Part shown: piece after piece, positions 37,452 to 47,749 of the stretch
How the letters are laid out: each line of letters begins with the position of its first letter
Position numbering within the stretch: the stretch's first letter is position 1
Assembly: GCA_000092065.1 (NCBI GenBank)
Contig: CP000586.1
Length of the DNA: 64,000 nucleotides
Source of the DNA: Ostreococcus lucimarinus
Taxonomy: Eukaryota
Strand: one strand, 5' to 3'
Notes under the pieces: model-generated
Database searches by the model: none
What the model was told of the DNA's origin: nothing
Seen by the model: only the letters and a program-made list of their open reading frames with translations
Program-made: the position numbers and the translations under genes

Positions 37452-39824
37452 CTAACTTTGCTTGGCTTTGACGCTCGTAGGCGTCCACCAATCCTCCGCG
37501 AGCACGACGACTTGATCACCCGGATTCAGTCTGACTCGTTTGTCCTTTCGCGGAGAAATGGCGAGTTCACCATCAGCGCGCATGATGCCCAACGCGATTT
37601 CGTCCCGTTCGCGAGCGCGCTCGCAAATCGTTCCCCAGTACACTTCGGCGTCATTTTCAGTGACAAATTCATTGTACATGCGCATGTACAGCTCTTTGCC
37701 CTGCTTTTCGAGCAGATAGTCAAACAAACCAGCGAGTTTGGTGTTGGCAGAAACTTGAAGAAGCGCGCCGCCTATGAGATTGTCGTGTAAAATCACGTCA
37801 ACCGTACCGATGCCAGCATACATATCCTCAGCCACCCTCTTTGCCACTTCACTCGACAACTCAGAGACGATATGAGGAGCGTGACCCGTGTCAGCTCTTT
37901 TTGATAAATACGCGACTTGCATGATTGATGACAGTGCGTGACTGTCTTGCGTTGCGTCGTCGCTATCTGTTGGGGGCATGATCAAAACCGCTCCCGCTTC
38001 GTGCACACGATTTTGTTCCAACGTCGCTCTCTTCTGGGCGTCCATGGCCACGTGTTTCACGTTGCAATTCGTGTTCCCTTTTAAAATACTTTTATCGAGC
38101 TCATAATTGTTGATGAGGGTTATACTCGAGCCAGGTGGAGCTAAGACTAGCATGTCTTCGAGCACACTAGAACTCTCCTCGTTCCAACCGAGCATGACAA
38201 CTTTGCGGGGAGCCGGCATCCGGACCGGGCATCTAAGCATTGTCAAGTGCTGTGATCCCGGAGGAGGAATATTCTCGTTTTTATTGGACCCTTTCCGCTT
38301 CGCAATATCTGCTTCGATCGTGGACTTGTTGTCTGCCACGACGGTGACTGCCCCGCTTGGTCCAATGACGTCAGTCTCGCTCGGACCAAGGATCATGCCT
38401 TCTGCGTTGGTAATTCCGACCAGTGTAGTCGTGTTGAACATTCTCCAGGCTTCCTGGAATGTCTTACCCGCTAGACTTGGGTGCGAATACGTGTAAAACT
38501 CAGAACTATCGTTGGATTGAAGCATGAGATCTTCAAATAATTTACTTCCGCCTGGTTGCATGATGGAGTAAGCTTTGAGTTTCGACAACTCTCCAGTGCC
38601 GTTGACGACGCAGAATTCGCCATGTTTATTCCCTTCTTTCTCAGTCAAATCGACCGCGAGAGCGACACCATCATCGATTTCAGATCTGCGAGTGGGAGAT
38701 TGAACGATGACGTTTGGCCCTCGACCACCTGTGATGCCGCCGCCAGAACGCAAATTCAACACCGCCGCCGCCTTTTGGCTCTCGACAGTGTCCTCGTTCT
38801 CGCCGTCATCGTGCAACACCACGACCCGCTCGGCCGCCCAAGCGTTCACTCGATCCAAGTCTTCAGCATTATGAGCTTGACCCGAGCGAGTTACGACGGT
38901 CAGCGGAGGACTATCCTGGAGTTCATCTTCAATGGTGGCGTCCATCTCCTCCTTGTCCCTGTTAGCCAGTAAAACCACCGGCCTTTCGAAACCAATCCCT
39001 TCGCTCTTTGCCACGGCGACTTGTTTCAGTAACGGAATCAACTGCTCATTCCAGTTCAATATTACGGTATGATTCTGTTCGAACACCTTACTGTTCCCCG
39101 TCTTTACCTCGTCAACCTTGCTCGCGATTTCGTCAGACACAACGCCGATTAAAATTGCAAAGGTGAACATCCCACAAAACACAATCAGTTGTGCGACGAC
39201 AACACTTTTCCAGTTCTCTTCTGCCGTACTGTCCGCTCCAGGAACGTCATTCAACCAATAAAACGTCTTTGCAATGGATGCACCCCACTCTTCTTCGCTC
39301 ACGTGCCTGTACACCGCCGCCGCGGCGAGGACGAGCGGTACCATCGCCGCCGTGATCATAAAAACTTTCCCATACAACGGCCAGCCGAAAACTCTCTGCG
39401 CAACGTACATCCCGTTCGATCGCGCATTATTCAACCGATCTTCGAAACTCGTGCTCGCGCTCGCGTGCGCTGGCGCCGGCGTCGGCGGCTTGCGCACGCT
39501 CGTCCAACCGCCACCGAGCGCTCCGGCGACGACACACGCGCCGGCGACGCCCACCGCGCGCGCCCGCACCACCGCTCTCCGCGGTCGTTCAGCGTGCGAA
39601 CAATCATTCACACTCTCCGTCGTCTTGCCGAGCATGGCGTCCATCGTGCGCGCGTCCAGCGCGCGTCTTCGTCGTTCGAGCGTTGCATCTTCGTCCCCGT
39701 CGTCGCCGTTCGAAGCCGCCACGACGACGACCGCGCTCGTGCGGCGCGTGCGCGACGCGCGCGAGGCTCGTGCGAGTGGTTTCGACGCCGAAACGCGCGC
39801 GCGCAGCGCGCGGTTCGCGAACAT
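37452..39824 (-). CDS. CASTOR/POLLUX/DMI1-like putative cation channel (TM pore region plus tandem RCK/TrkA-like domains)
   Basis: The TM region (..VFMITAAMVPLVLAAAAVY..; ..VVVAQLIVFCGMFTFAILIGVVSDEIASKV) is followed by NHTVILNWNEQLIPLLKQVAVAKSEGIGFERPVVLLANRDKEEMDATI. This matches the conserved DMI1/CASTOR linker (..NHILILGWSDKLGSLLKQLA..AERDKEEME..). A second RCK-like half is present. The ORF track opens at a GTG at 39836; the first ATG is at 39824. Confidence 0.65.
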   Translation of the reverse strand: MFANRALRARVSASKPLARASRASRTRRTSAVVVVAASNGDDGDEDATLERRRRALDARTMDAMLGKTTESVNDCSHAERPRRAVVRARAVGVAGACVVAGALGGGWTSVRKPPTPAPAHASASTSFEDRLNNARSNGMYVAQRVFGWPLYGKVFMITAAMVPLVLAAAAVYRHVSEEEWGASIAKTFYWLNDVPGADSTAEENWKSVVVAQLIVFCGMFTFAILIGVVSDEIASKVDEVKTGNSKVFEQNHTVILNWNEQLIPLLKQVAVAKSEGIGFERPVVLLANRDKEEMDATIEDELQDSPPLTVVTRSGQAHNAEDLDRVNAWAAERVVVLHDDGENEDTVESQKAAAVLNLRSGGGITGGRGPNVIVQSPTRRSEIDDGVALAVDLTEKEGNKHGEFCVVNGTGELSKLKAYSIMQPGGSKLFEDLMLQSNDSSEFYTYSHPSLAGKTFQEAWRMFNTTTLVGITNAEGMILGPSETDVIGPSGAVTVVADNKSTIEADIAKRKGSNKNENIPPPGSQHLTMLRCPVRMPAPRKVVMLGWNEESSSVLEDMLVLAPPGSSITLINNYELDKSILKGNTNCNVKHVAMDAQKRATLEQNRVHEAGAVLIMPPTDSDDATQDSHALSSIMQVAYLSKRADTGHAPHIVSELSSEVAKRVAEDMYAGIGTVDVILHDNLIGGALLQVSANTKLAGLFDYLLEKQGKELYMRMYNEFVTENDAEVYWGTICERARERDEIALGIMRADGELAISPRKDKRVRLNPGDQVVVLAEDWWTPTSVKAKQS

Positions 39825-39904
39825 GCCGACGCCCACGCGCGCCGTTGTGCAACCGGTCGGTCGCCTTCATTTTGTGCGTCGTCGCACAGGGACGTTTGCG
39901 CGGC

Positions 39905-42040
39905 TTACAAGTCTAATTTCGGGTGCGCCATGCGCAATAAATCGATCGCGACGGTCGCAGCGTCGCCACTTTCGGCGCGAAGACGATTTAAACGCGCGGT
40001 GGCGCTCGCTAGGACGGCGTCGTCGAGCGCCGCGGACGCTCTAGCGATGGCGTCGTCGAGCGCTACGGCGTCGACTGAGGCGGAAGCTTTCGCAATGTCG
40101 ATCTCAGCGGAGAGTTCTTTGATGGTTGTCGACGCTTGCTGGGCATCGATGAAACGTTTTTCTTCGACCGCGGCAGTCTTGACGCGCTCGAGCTCGGCGA
40201 TGCGAGATGACAGGTCGGTTTCACGCTGACGGGCGGATTCGACACACCGCTTCTCATCGCGGGTGCGTTCAAGCGCCTTTTCGGCTTCGTCAAGCCGGGC
40301 ACGCGCGCTCGTTTCGGCTGTGATGAATGTGGCCAAGTTATTCAGCGCATTTTGCTTGCTCGATAGATCCGTCTCGCGCTGGTGAAGCGTCTCTTGAAGA
40401 CTCGCCGTGGCGTTCTCTGCCTCGGTGGCGATGTCTTGAACTTCTTTCAACTCTTCTGGAGCTCCGCTGGAAACTTCTTCAGTAGTTTCGTCAAAATTTT
40501 GCAAGTCATCAGTTGCAGCGTCTCGTCGACGCGCGGCATCGGCAATAGTTTGCCGCAGTAAGCCCTCTTCTTCTAAAAGCTGCGTGCGTTCAATTTCTTT
40601 TTCGTGAAGCTTGTTTTCCTTGGCCTGGAGCTCGGCGCGTAACGACGCAATCTCGTCTCTTAATTCGCTCAAGGGCGCATCCAAAGCAGCTCTCTTCTCC
40701 GAAATATCTACTAAATTCTTTTCCAACGATGTGCACGTCGTCTGTGCTTCGTCCTTTGCGACCATCAAAGCATTCTTTCTTGCTTCTCGCGCTATGGCAG
40801 CGGCGCGCTGGGCTTCATGTTGTGAAGACATCGCATCGTCCAGTTGTCGACGTTTCGTTTCGGCAAATTGCTGAATTTCGTCCATACTCGAACAAATTTC
40901 CGCAATCCACGTTTTCAAAGCTTCAGAAGCTTCAGCCAAGCAATCGCGGAACTCATTCTCTGCAGCAAAGAGCTTCGCTATCATCTCAGAGTATGCGCGT
41001 CGAGCGCCCTCTATAGATTCTTCGAGGCGAGCGGCAGCTTCGAAATCGTCCTTTCCGATGGCACCTTCTTGCTCGAGCTTGAACTTTTCTATGGTTTCTA
41101 GTAATTTTGTACACTCTTTTGCGGATACCAACCGTTTTGAGGTCGCAGCGACCCGTCGCGCTTCGGCGCTTTCGTACGCCAACTTTGCTGGCTTAAATCT
41201 CACGTCCGACGCCTTCAACAATCCACGGAGTTCCACGCGCGCGTCTCCTCTATCATCACCAACGATAGGTGTCGCTGACTCGTCCTCCTCACTCGGCGTC
41301 GCCACTGCGAACTCGAACGCATCGTCGCCTCCCACTTCAACTTCGTCAAAGACGGGTGCGTCCTCGATGGACACCTCCGCCTTCGCCATCATCGTCGCCT
41401 CGAAATCCATTAATCCAGCGCCGGCTTCACGACGCCCGTACCCGATTCTGGGTTTCTCACGTCTCCACGAACTATCGGGCGTCGACGCATTGTTGAGGCC
41501 GAACAAATCGGCCGGAGAAATTGGCGTCGTCGGCTTCGGCGACGCGTCAACCGTCGGAGAAATCATCGTCGCATTCATCGCCATGGGTGGCGTTTCATTC
41601 AGCGTCAACCCCGAGAACAAATCCAATCCACCACTCGCCACCGTCGTCGTCGCCCGCGGCGTCTCCACGACTTCTCGAAACGCGCCTCCGTTCGCGACTT
41701 TGTCCACCGCGTCGTTTGCCAATTCCTCCAACGCGCCGAGCGCCTCGAGCGCGTCCTCGTCTCCCGCCTTGGCGCGCTGTCGAACTCCTTCGATCATCCT
41801 GCGCGCTCGATTGATCTTGGAGAACTTGATCCCATCGTCTTCGGCGCTCGTGAGCGCGTCTGCGAGCAGATTCGACGCGCGATTGACGAGCTCGTCGAGC
41901 GACATTTCGTTCGCATCCGGCGTCTCGCTCGCCCCGCGCGCCGTGGCGTTGGGCGTGAGCGGCGACGACGACGGCGACGACGACGGCGAACGCGCGTTCG
42001 CGCTCGGCGACGCCGCGACCGCGCCGCGACGACCGAACAT
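39905..42040 (-). CDS. Long coiled-coil protein with UVR-like motif (unknown function)
   Basis: 711-aa ORF. The region from about aa 330 has heptad-rich, Glu/Ala/Lys/Arg-rich composition. The motif ..KDDFEAAARLEESIEGARRAY.. resembles a UVR domain. The N-terminal 300 aa are Ser/Pro/Thr-rich and look disordered. Confidence 0.45.
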   Translation of the reverse strand: MFGRRGAVAASPSANARSPSSSPSSSPLTPNATARGASETPDANEMSLDELVNRASNLLADALTSAEDDGIKFSKINRARRMIEGVRQRAKAGDEDALEALGALEELANDAVDKVANGGAFREVVETPRATTTVASGGLDLFSGLTLNETPPMAMNATMISPTVDASPKPTTPISPADLFGLNNASTPDSSWRREKPRIGYGRREAGAGLMDFEATMMAKAEVSIEDAPVFDEVEVGGDDAFEFAVATPSEEDESATPIVGDDRGDARVELRGLLKASDVRFKPAKLAYESAEARRVAATSKRLVSAKECTKLLETIEKFKLEQEGAIGKDDFEAAARLEESIEGARRAYSEMIAKLFAAENEFRDCLAEASEALKTWIAEICSSMDEIQQFAETKRRQLDDAMSSQHEAQRAAAIAREARKNALMVAKDEAQTTCTSLEKNLVDISEKRAALDAPLSELRDEIASLRAELQAKENKLHEKEIERTQLLEEEGLLRQTIADAARRRDAATDDLQNFDETTEEVSSGAPEELKEVQDIATEAENATASLQETLHQRETDLSSKQNALNNLATFITAETSARARLDEAEKALERTRDEKRCVESARQRETDLSSRIAELERVKTAAVEEKRFIDAQQASTTIKELSAEIDIAKASASVDAVALDDAIARASAALDDAVLASATARLNRLRAESGDAATVAIDLLRMAHPKLDL

Positions 42041-42084
42041 GACGCGTAGCCGTCCGCAATGCGCGACGCACTGCGGCCGAAGCG

Positions 42085-43350
42085 ATGATTAATCGCGCCT
42101 TCGTCGGCGTGCGACGCGCCGTCGTCGCGACGACGCGCTCGCGCGCGGGACGCGACGTCCCGCGCTTCGCGCTCGCGCGCGCGCAGTCCGGGGACGCGTC
42201 GAGCGCGTCGAGCGGGGAATTCGAGACGGTGGGCGTGGTGAAGCGGCGATTGCACGAGCTCGAGACGCGCGTGGACGCCGCGCTGGAGATCGCGGACGTG
42301 CGCGGGTTGCGTAAAAAGTACGAGGCGTTGGATGAGGCGAGCGCGGCGGGGGACTTGTGGGATGACGTGCGGAAAGCGAAGGCGCTGATGGCTGAACTCG
42401 TGGGCGTGCGGGAGGAATTGGCGGCGGCGAGCGAGTTCGAGGCGCACGTGGACGATGCGCGCACGGCTTTGGAGCTCGCGGAGAGTGGAGAAGTGGAGAG
42501 TGAGATGAGCGAAATGCTGCGAGAGGCACTGACGAGCGTGGAGGCGCTGGACAAGGCTTTGGACGCGTGGGAGCTGAGACGGCTACTAGGAGGGAAGTAC
42601 GACGCGTTCGGGGCGGTTTTACAGATATACGCCGGTGCTGGGGGGTTGGACGCGCAAGACTGGACGGAAATGCTCGAACGAATGTATTTAGGGTGGTGTG
42701 AAAAGAGAGGATTCGCCGTACGCGCGACGGAGCGATTGGAAGGCGAGGGTGGAGGATTGAAGACGGCCACGCTCGAAGTCGAAGGGCGCTATGCGTACGG
42801 ATATCTGAGCTCGGAAAAGGGTACACATAGACTGGTGAGGCAGAGTCCGTTCAACAAAGACGCAGCACGCCAGACGAGTTTCGCTGCCGTCGATGTGATT
42901 CCGCTCTTCGAGGAAGACATGGAGGAAGTTGTGAAAGTGCCGGACACCGATTTGGAAGTCACGACGATGCGTTCGGGCGGTGCAGGCGGTCAAAACGTTA
43001 ACAAAGTTGAGACGGCGGTTCGAATTAAGCACATTCCAACTGGTATAACTGTTAAAGCCGAAGAACATCGCACGCAACAGTTGAACAGGCAAGCGGCGAT
43101 GTTGAGAATCAAAGCAAAACTCACCGCGTTGGCTGAGGAAGCGCGCGTGGCGGACATCGCCGAACTTCGAGGGGACATCGTCAAGGCGGAGTGGGGTCAG
43201 CAAATTCGAAACTATGTACTGCATCCGTACAAACTTGTTAAGGATGTTCGAACGGGAGTCGAGACAAGTGACGCTAATAAAGTCTTAAACGGTGCTCTCG
43301 ACGAGTACATGAATGGATATTTGCGCTGGAAGGCGGCATCGGATAGGTAG
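42085..43350 (+). CDS. prfB: Organellar (bacterial-type) peptide chain release factor 2
   Basis: The SPF tripeptide ([15 protein letters not shown]) is specific for RF2 stop recognition, and the GGQ motif [25 protein letters not shown] is present. An N-terminal presequence is present. Confidence 0.9.
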   Translation: MINRAFVGVRRAVVATTRSRAGRDVPRFALARAQSGDASSASSGEFETVGVVKRRLHELETRVDAALEIADVRGLRKKYEALDEASAAGDLWDDVRKAKALMAELVGVREELAAASEFEAHVDDARTALELAESGEVESEMSEMLREALTSVEALDKALDAWELRRLLGGKYDAFGAVLQIYAGAGGLDAQDWTEMLERMYLGWCEKRGFAVRATERLEGEGGGLKTATLEVEGRYAYGYLSSEKGTHRLVRQSPFNKDAARQTSFAAVDVIPLFEEDMEEVVKVPDTDLEVTTMRSGGAGGQNVNKVETAVRIKHIPTGITVKAEEHRTQQLNRQAAMLRIKAKLTALAEEARVADIAELRGDIVKAEWGQQIRNYVLHPYKLVKDVRTGVETSDANKVLNGALDEYMNGYLRWKAASDR

Positions 43351-43352
43351 AA

Positions 43353-43365
43353 TTACAATATTACA
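43353..43365 (-). terminator. Two TGTAA poly(A)-signal-like motifs for RIOK2 (minus strand), inside the 34-bp spacer shared with the RF2 3-prime end
   Basis: Plus strand aattacaatattacag equals minus strand cTGTAAtatTGTAAtt. It lies 20-30 nt downstream of the RIOK2 stop. TGTAA is the established poly(A) signal of green algae. Confidence 0.4.
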
Positions 43366-43383
43366 GACATCATAGCAAGCTAT

Positions 43384-44961
43384 TTACCCCCAAAATGAGT
43401 CGACTACCTTAGACACTTTCTCTTTATGTCCGCGCCCGTGCTTTTCTTTCGAGTGATTCACCTTGGGCGCGCCAAAGTTGCTGTGCTTGCTGTTTTTACG
43501 TTGCTTCTCAAGCTTCAACCGCTGTCGTATAGCGTCGGCGGCAGCGGCGGGATCGACTGACATCATCGATGCCGTTTCCATTGCAAGCTTTTTCTGAGCC
43601 GCTTTTCGTTCTTTTCTCAATTCCGCTTTGCTCGGCGCCACGCTCGGCGCTTGCCGTCGAGCCCGGCGTTGCTCGGAGCTTTCGTCTGAATCTGTCACTG
43701 AAGGTTCCTCAAACGCTCGATGATTGAATTCCTTCATAGGCCCAACTTCTTCGTCGTACGTGCCGCGTTTGTTGATCCCATCCTCTTCGTTCATCGCAGC
43801 CTGAACTTGCGCTGCTAGATCGGCGATTTCGTCGTCGTTGAGCTTTAAGTCATACTGAGGTTCCTTGTCTTCTTCTAGCTCTTCTTCTACCGCCTCTTCT
43901 TCCTCTTCTTCCTCGTCGCCTTCATCACTTGATAGATCTAATTCGCGCTCCGAGCTCGCCGACCGTCCGTCTTCGAAAACTTGCGCGGTATAATCCTCGA
44001 GCTCTTTCTCTTGATTCTTCGTGAAACCGCTCGCTCTCAACTGAACGTCGATGGCTTGGCTTGGGATGGATTCGGCGACTACAGCTTTAAAATCGGGATC
44101 TGGCTCGCCCATGGGATCGTCCTCGGCGCGATAATCCCAATGTCGAACAAAAAATCTATGCAAACACTTCACATCTCGCCAAAACAACTCCTCGGCGTTC
44201 GGATGGTTCGTGGAAATCATCTGAGGGAAGTCGATGATGATGAGCTTCTTTTTCTCGTTCAACATCAAGTTGAACTCGTTGTAATCGCAATGTACCAACC
44301 CGTGTTTCGCAAGCTTGACGATGTTTTTCATACAGTCGCGGTAAATCTCTCCAGGATTATCTGGGTCGCGTATCTGCCTCAAAGGCGCCCCACGAACGAC
44401 GGACATCAACACTGCGTGCCTATTCGCATCGATTGGTTCCGGCACGGGAAATCCGTATTCGTACAAAGCCACCATGAATTGATGTTCTTTCATCGCTGCC
44501 AAACGGGACAAATACAACCAATTGTATTGCGTCCGTTTACCGAGATAATCTCTCTTACTCTTCACGTCCCTAAAAGAAGTTCGTCCCAATCGGTGAAGCT
44601 TGAGCGCCATCTGCCGTCCTTCGCCGTCTACGACTTCGTACACGTCCGACTCTTTCCCGACGCCAATCTTTCTCCCAACCCCAACGATCGACCCACGATT
44701 AACAAACGCCTTCAGTGCTAAAAAATCGTACCCAAGCGGCGTCAAGCGGTACCCGTCGTACTCCTTATTTTCGTGATGCACCAACTTGTGCTTCAGGAGC
44801 TCTTTAATGTGCTTGAACCCACCGCCGCGCTTCAACCCGGCGATGGCGTTGATGAGCTGCACGGGGACGATTTCGTGGTTCTTCATTCCCATCTCCGTCG
44901 CGACGAGCACGCGCCAGGTGTCTTTGTCGAGGTATCGGAGAATGTTCACGTCAAACTTCAT
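43384..44961 (-). CDS. RIOK2: RIO2 serine kinase (RIOK2)
   Basis: N-terminal winged helix MKFDVNILRYLDKDTWRVLVATEMGMKNHEIVPVQLINAIAGL, then RIO domain ..NRGSIVGVGRKIGVGKESDVYEV..HGLVHCDYNEFNLML.., with an acidic C-terminus. Confidence 0.9.
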   Translation of the reverse strand: MKFDVNILRYLDKDTWRVLVATEMGMKNHEIVPVQLINAIAGLKRGGGFKHIKELLKHKLVHHENKEYDGYRLTPLGYDFLALKAFVNRGSIVGVGRKIGVGKESDVYEVVDGEGRQMALKLHRLGRTSFRDVKSKRDYLGKRTQYNWLYLSRLAAMKEHQFMVALYEYGFPVPEPIDANRHAVLMSVVRGAPLRQIRDPDNPGEIYRDCMKNIVKLAKHGLVHCDYNEFNLMLNEKKKLIIIDFPQMISTNHPNAEELFWRDVKCLHRFFVRHWDYRAEDDPMGEPDPDFKAVVAESIPSQAIDVQLRASGFTKNQEKELEDYTAQVFEDGRSASSERELDLSSDEGDEEEEEEEAVEEELEEDKEPQYDLKLNDDEIADLAAQVQAAMNEEDGINKRGTYDEEVGPMKEFNHRAFEEPSVTDSDESSEQRRARRQAPSVAPSKAELRKERKAAQKKLAMETASMMSVDPAAAADAIRQRLKLEKQRKNSKHSNFGAPKVNHSKEKHGRGHKEKVSKVVDSFWG

Positions 44962-45266
44962 GGCGGCGGCGGCTGAAGCGTGACGGTGACGACAGCGGCG
45001 GCGTCACTATCCAGCGAACGCGCGGCGAGCGTGTGCGAGCGACAAACACCGTTGCTCGCCGAGCAACGGTGTTTGTCGCGCGCGTCGAGACGATGACGGT
45101 CGGTACGTTGCGCGGTGGTGGTCGAGGCACGCTCTGGGGACAGGTGCGCCGAGACGTTCTCGTGGACAAGTAAGAATTTCTTTTGTTTACAACATAAAGG
45201 ATGCGTAGCAATAGTAAGGCGTGACAATGTGTGCTTTTTTTCGTGTTTTTGTACATTTGCTTCGTG

Positions 45267-47261
45267 TCAAGCGCGCTGGCCGCGATCGAGGGCGTTTTGC
45301 CTCGATGCGAGCGTGGCGGAGAGCTGCGAAAGCCGAGCGTGCGTGCTGCCGTCAATGACCAGCGGCGGAGTGATGTGCAAGCCTGGGCCTTCGCCTATGA
45401 GGAACTGTAGAAGCGTTTGCGCGCGACCGTAAGTGTCCGACGCAGTCTGCTTGTTCTCCGCCAATTCCTCCCGAACGCCTTCTTTTGCGAGCTTGCAGAT
45501 TTGTTGGTACACCAACTCCATGCCGTCGGGAAGCGCCGAATTCATATCGAAGCCAGCGGCGTTGCAAGCCGCCGCTGCCTTTTCGGCGCGCGTATGGGCG
45601 GCTTGAAACGCTTCTCCGATTCTCACTGTCGCGCGCTTAGCACTGACGGCCATCGAGCTTCCTGCTGTGGGGGAACTATCTGCGGACGAAGTGCTCGCGC
45701 TCGTCCCACTGAGCGCGATGGATGATGACTTTTGCTCGGTCGTGAGGATTTCAGACGCGAATCTGTGCGCCGTGCGCAGCGCTGCGAGAGAAATCAAGCC
45801 CAAGGATAGCGCCTCGAGCTTGCTTCCCGCGTTCCAATGTTCCATCGAACTGTCGCGCAGCACCGCGGCGGCTTTCTCTAAAACGCCCACGCGCACTCCG
45901 AGTTGCGCGACGAGTATTTGAGACTGCGTTTGCGCGCGCGCGGCGAGCGTCATCGGTTGACTCGAAGGCGATGTCCCTCGCGACATGCGCGCGCGACCTC
46001 CGAACGTGGCACCCGCCCCATCCCTTGGACTGAGTGACATGCGCGACAACGGCGACGAACCGAGTGACGGCGAGCGCATCGCCGTAGACTTTGGCCCACT
46101 CGCTCCTGGCGACGATACCAAGACGTAGTCGCCACCGATATTCATCTTATCCCCATTTTCTTGCACTTTTGTAGACGTCGGCACCGGACGACTGATCGGT
46201 CGTTGCGCTTGTTCCGCGAGACGTATCGACGTCGGCGACGGGCTCGCGCTCTCGACATCCATATCAAACGGCATCGTTTCGCTATCGTCGCTACAGCCGC
46301 TCCGAGAAATCCTTCCCTGCGAATTCTGAGCGCCTGGTTTCGTCGGAATGCCGACTCCAACGTCGGCCGCTTTCAAGAACGGATGATTGAAAAACTCTTC
46401 AAAAGAGATGCGATTCGCGGCGTCGCGGTGAAGCAAGCCGCGAAGTAAGTCGATGCACTCAGCCGACAACCCTTGGGCGATGTGGATGGGAATCTTGAAC
46501 TCGGTCTTTTGAATGTTGCGCAGGAGCTGCACTTGATTTTGCCCCGTGAACGGCACGGTACCGACGAGCATCTCAAACAATATCGCCCCCACGCTCCACA
46601 AATCCGCCTTGGCGTCGTATCGCTGATAATTCAAAACTTCGGGCGCCATGTACAGCGGACTCCCGCACACGGTGTCCGCCATCCCTTCGCTGTCGCGAAT
46701 GTATCTCGCGAACCCAAAATCAGCGATTTTCAACTCGGCGTTCAAATCGTTCGAAGTCAACAGCAAATTTTGCGGTTTCAAATCTCGATGCACGATCTGC
46801 GCCTTGCGCATCGCCTTGAGCCCCCTCGCGAGCTGAAGCATGAAACGTCTCGCCGCGATTTCTTCCATCCTTCCGTGCCTCTTGATGAACTGACTCAGAT
46901 CCCCCCCCCCACAATATTCCAACACGATGTACACCGTCTCGTTCGAGCTCTGCATATCGATAAACCGGAGAATATTTTCGTCTCGCATCCTTCGCATCAC
47001 CTCCACCTCGAGTTTCAAACTCTCCCTCAACTTTTTACTCAACCGCTCGCACGCGATCTCCTTCACCGCCACCACCGCCCCCGTCTTCACGCACGTCGCT
47101 CGCCACACCGTCGCGAACGACCCTCGACCGAGCGTCGCGTCGTCCAGCGCCCACCTCTCGCCCACCGTTCGCCGTCGTCCGCTCGCCCCGCGCGCGCGCG
47201 TCGTCCACCCCTCTCGCGACGCGTCCGCCACCCCGCGCGTCCCATCCGTCGTCCGCGTCAT
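45267..47261 (-). CDS. ATG1: ATG1/ULK-family serine/threonine protein kinase
   Basis: Kinase subdomains: GRGSFATVWRA, VAVKEI, HRDLKPQNLLL, ADFGFAR, GSPLYMAPEV, DLWSVGAIL. This is the ULK-type N-terminal kinase. The C-terminal region is helical, MIT/EAT-like. ATG at 47261. The six-frame ORF continues to 47714 across a 72-bp tandem repeat; that extension is uncertain. Confidence 0.8.
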   Translation of the reverse strand: MTRTTDGTRGVADASREGWTTRARGASGRRRTVGERWALDDATLGRGSFATVWRATCVKTGAVVAVKEIACERLSKKLRESLKLEVEVMRRMRDENILRFIDMQSSNETVYIVLEYCGGGDLSQFIKRHGRMEEIAARRFMLQLARGLKAMRKAQIVHRDLKPQNLLLTSNDLNAELKIADFGFARYIRDSEGMADTVCGSPLYMAPEVLNYQRYDAKADLWSVGAILFEMLVGTVPFTGQNQVQLLRNIQKTEFKIPIHIAQGLSAECIDLLRGLLHRDAANRISFEEFFNHPFLKAADVGVGIPTKPGAQNSQGRISRSGCSDDSETMPFDMDVESASPSPTSIRLAEQAQRPISRPVPTSTKVQENGDKMNIGGDYVLVSSPGASGPKSTAMRSPSLGSSPLSRMSLSPRDGAGATFGGRARMSRGTSPSSQPMTLAARAQTQSQILVAQLGVRVGVLEKAAAVLRDSSMEHWNAGSKLEALSLGLISLAALRTAHRFASEILTTEQKSSSIALSGTSASTSSADSSPTAGSSMAVSAKRATVRIGEAFQAAHTRAEKAAAACNAAGFDMNSALPDGMELVYQQICKLAKEGVREELAENKQTASDTYGRAQTLLQFLIGEGPGLHITPPLVIDGSTHARLSQLSATLASRQNALDRGQRA

Positions 47262-47530
47262 CCCGCTCGAGTCACTCTTTCGTTTTCCTTCGCGTCCCGG
47301 GACTTCCCGCGCTTCGTCGACGCGTTCGAATCTCGTCGACGCGCGACGTTCGCGTTCGAACGGCACCGTCCTCGCGTCGTCGTCTTCGGGTGGTTCTTCG
47401 ACGCGTCGCTCGCGTCCGTCGCTCGCGTCGTTCGGCGCGTCGATCGACGTCGTCGCGCGCTCGGCTCCCGGCGCCGCGCCTCGGCGTCGCCGCGCGACGC
47501 CCTCTCGCGTCGCCGCGCGCGGGCGCGAGG

Positions 47531-47674
47531 CGTCGCGTCGTTCGGACCCTCTCTTGGCGACAACCCTCGCGTGGCGAAGACCGCGTCGACGCGCGGGTGT
47601 CTCGTCGCGTCGTTCGGACCCTCTCTTGGCGACGACCCTCGCGTGGCGAAGACCGCGTCGACGCGCGGGTGTCT
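47531..47674. repeat. 72-bp tandem duplication, 2 copies with 1 mismatch
   Basis: Unit cgtcgcgtcgttcggaccctctcttggcga(c/g)a/gaccctcgcgtggcgaagaccgcgtcgacgcgcgggtgtct occurs at 47531-47602 and 47603-47674. On the minus strand it would encode the 24-aa repeat ETPARRRGLRHARVVAKRGSERRD twice. Confidence 0.85.
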
Positions 47675-47749
47675 CGCGCGCGCCGCGACGACGGCCGCGA
47701 CGCGCGCGCCGCACCGCGCGACGGCGGCGCGATCGCGATCGCGATCGAG

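Noticed and set aside
41058-42826. 344-aa plus-strand and 391/245-aa minus-strand ORFs overlapping the coiled-coil gene and the RF2 N-terminus
   Set aside because: They are alternative-frame artefacts, poly Ala/Ser/Pro/Arg. RF2 is unambiguous on the plus strand from 42085.
45267-47714. Full 815-aa version of the ATG1 ORF starting at 47714
   Set aside because: The extra 151 codons are Arg-rich and overlap the opposite-strand S2P leader. The kinase domain is preceded by a plausible ATG at 47261. It is kept as an open alternative because the 72-bp tandem repeat would be in frame.
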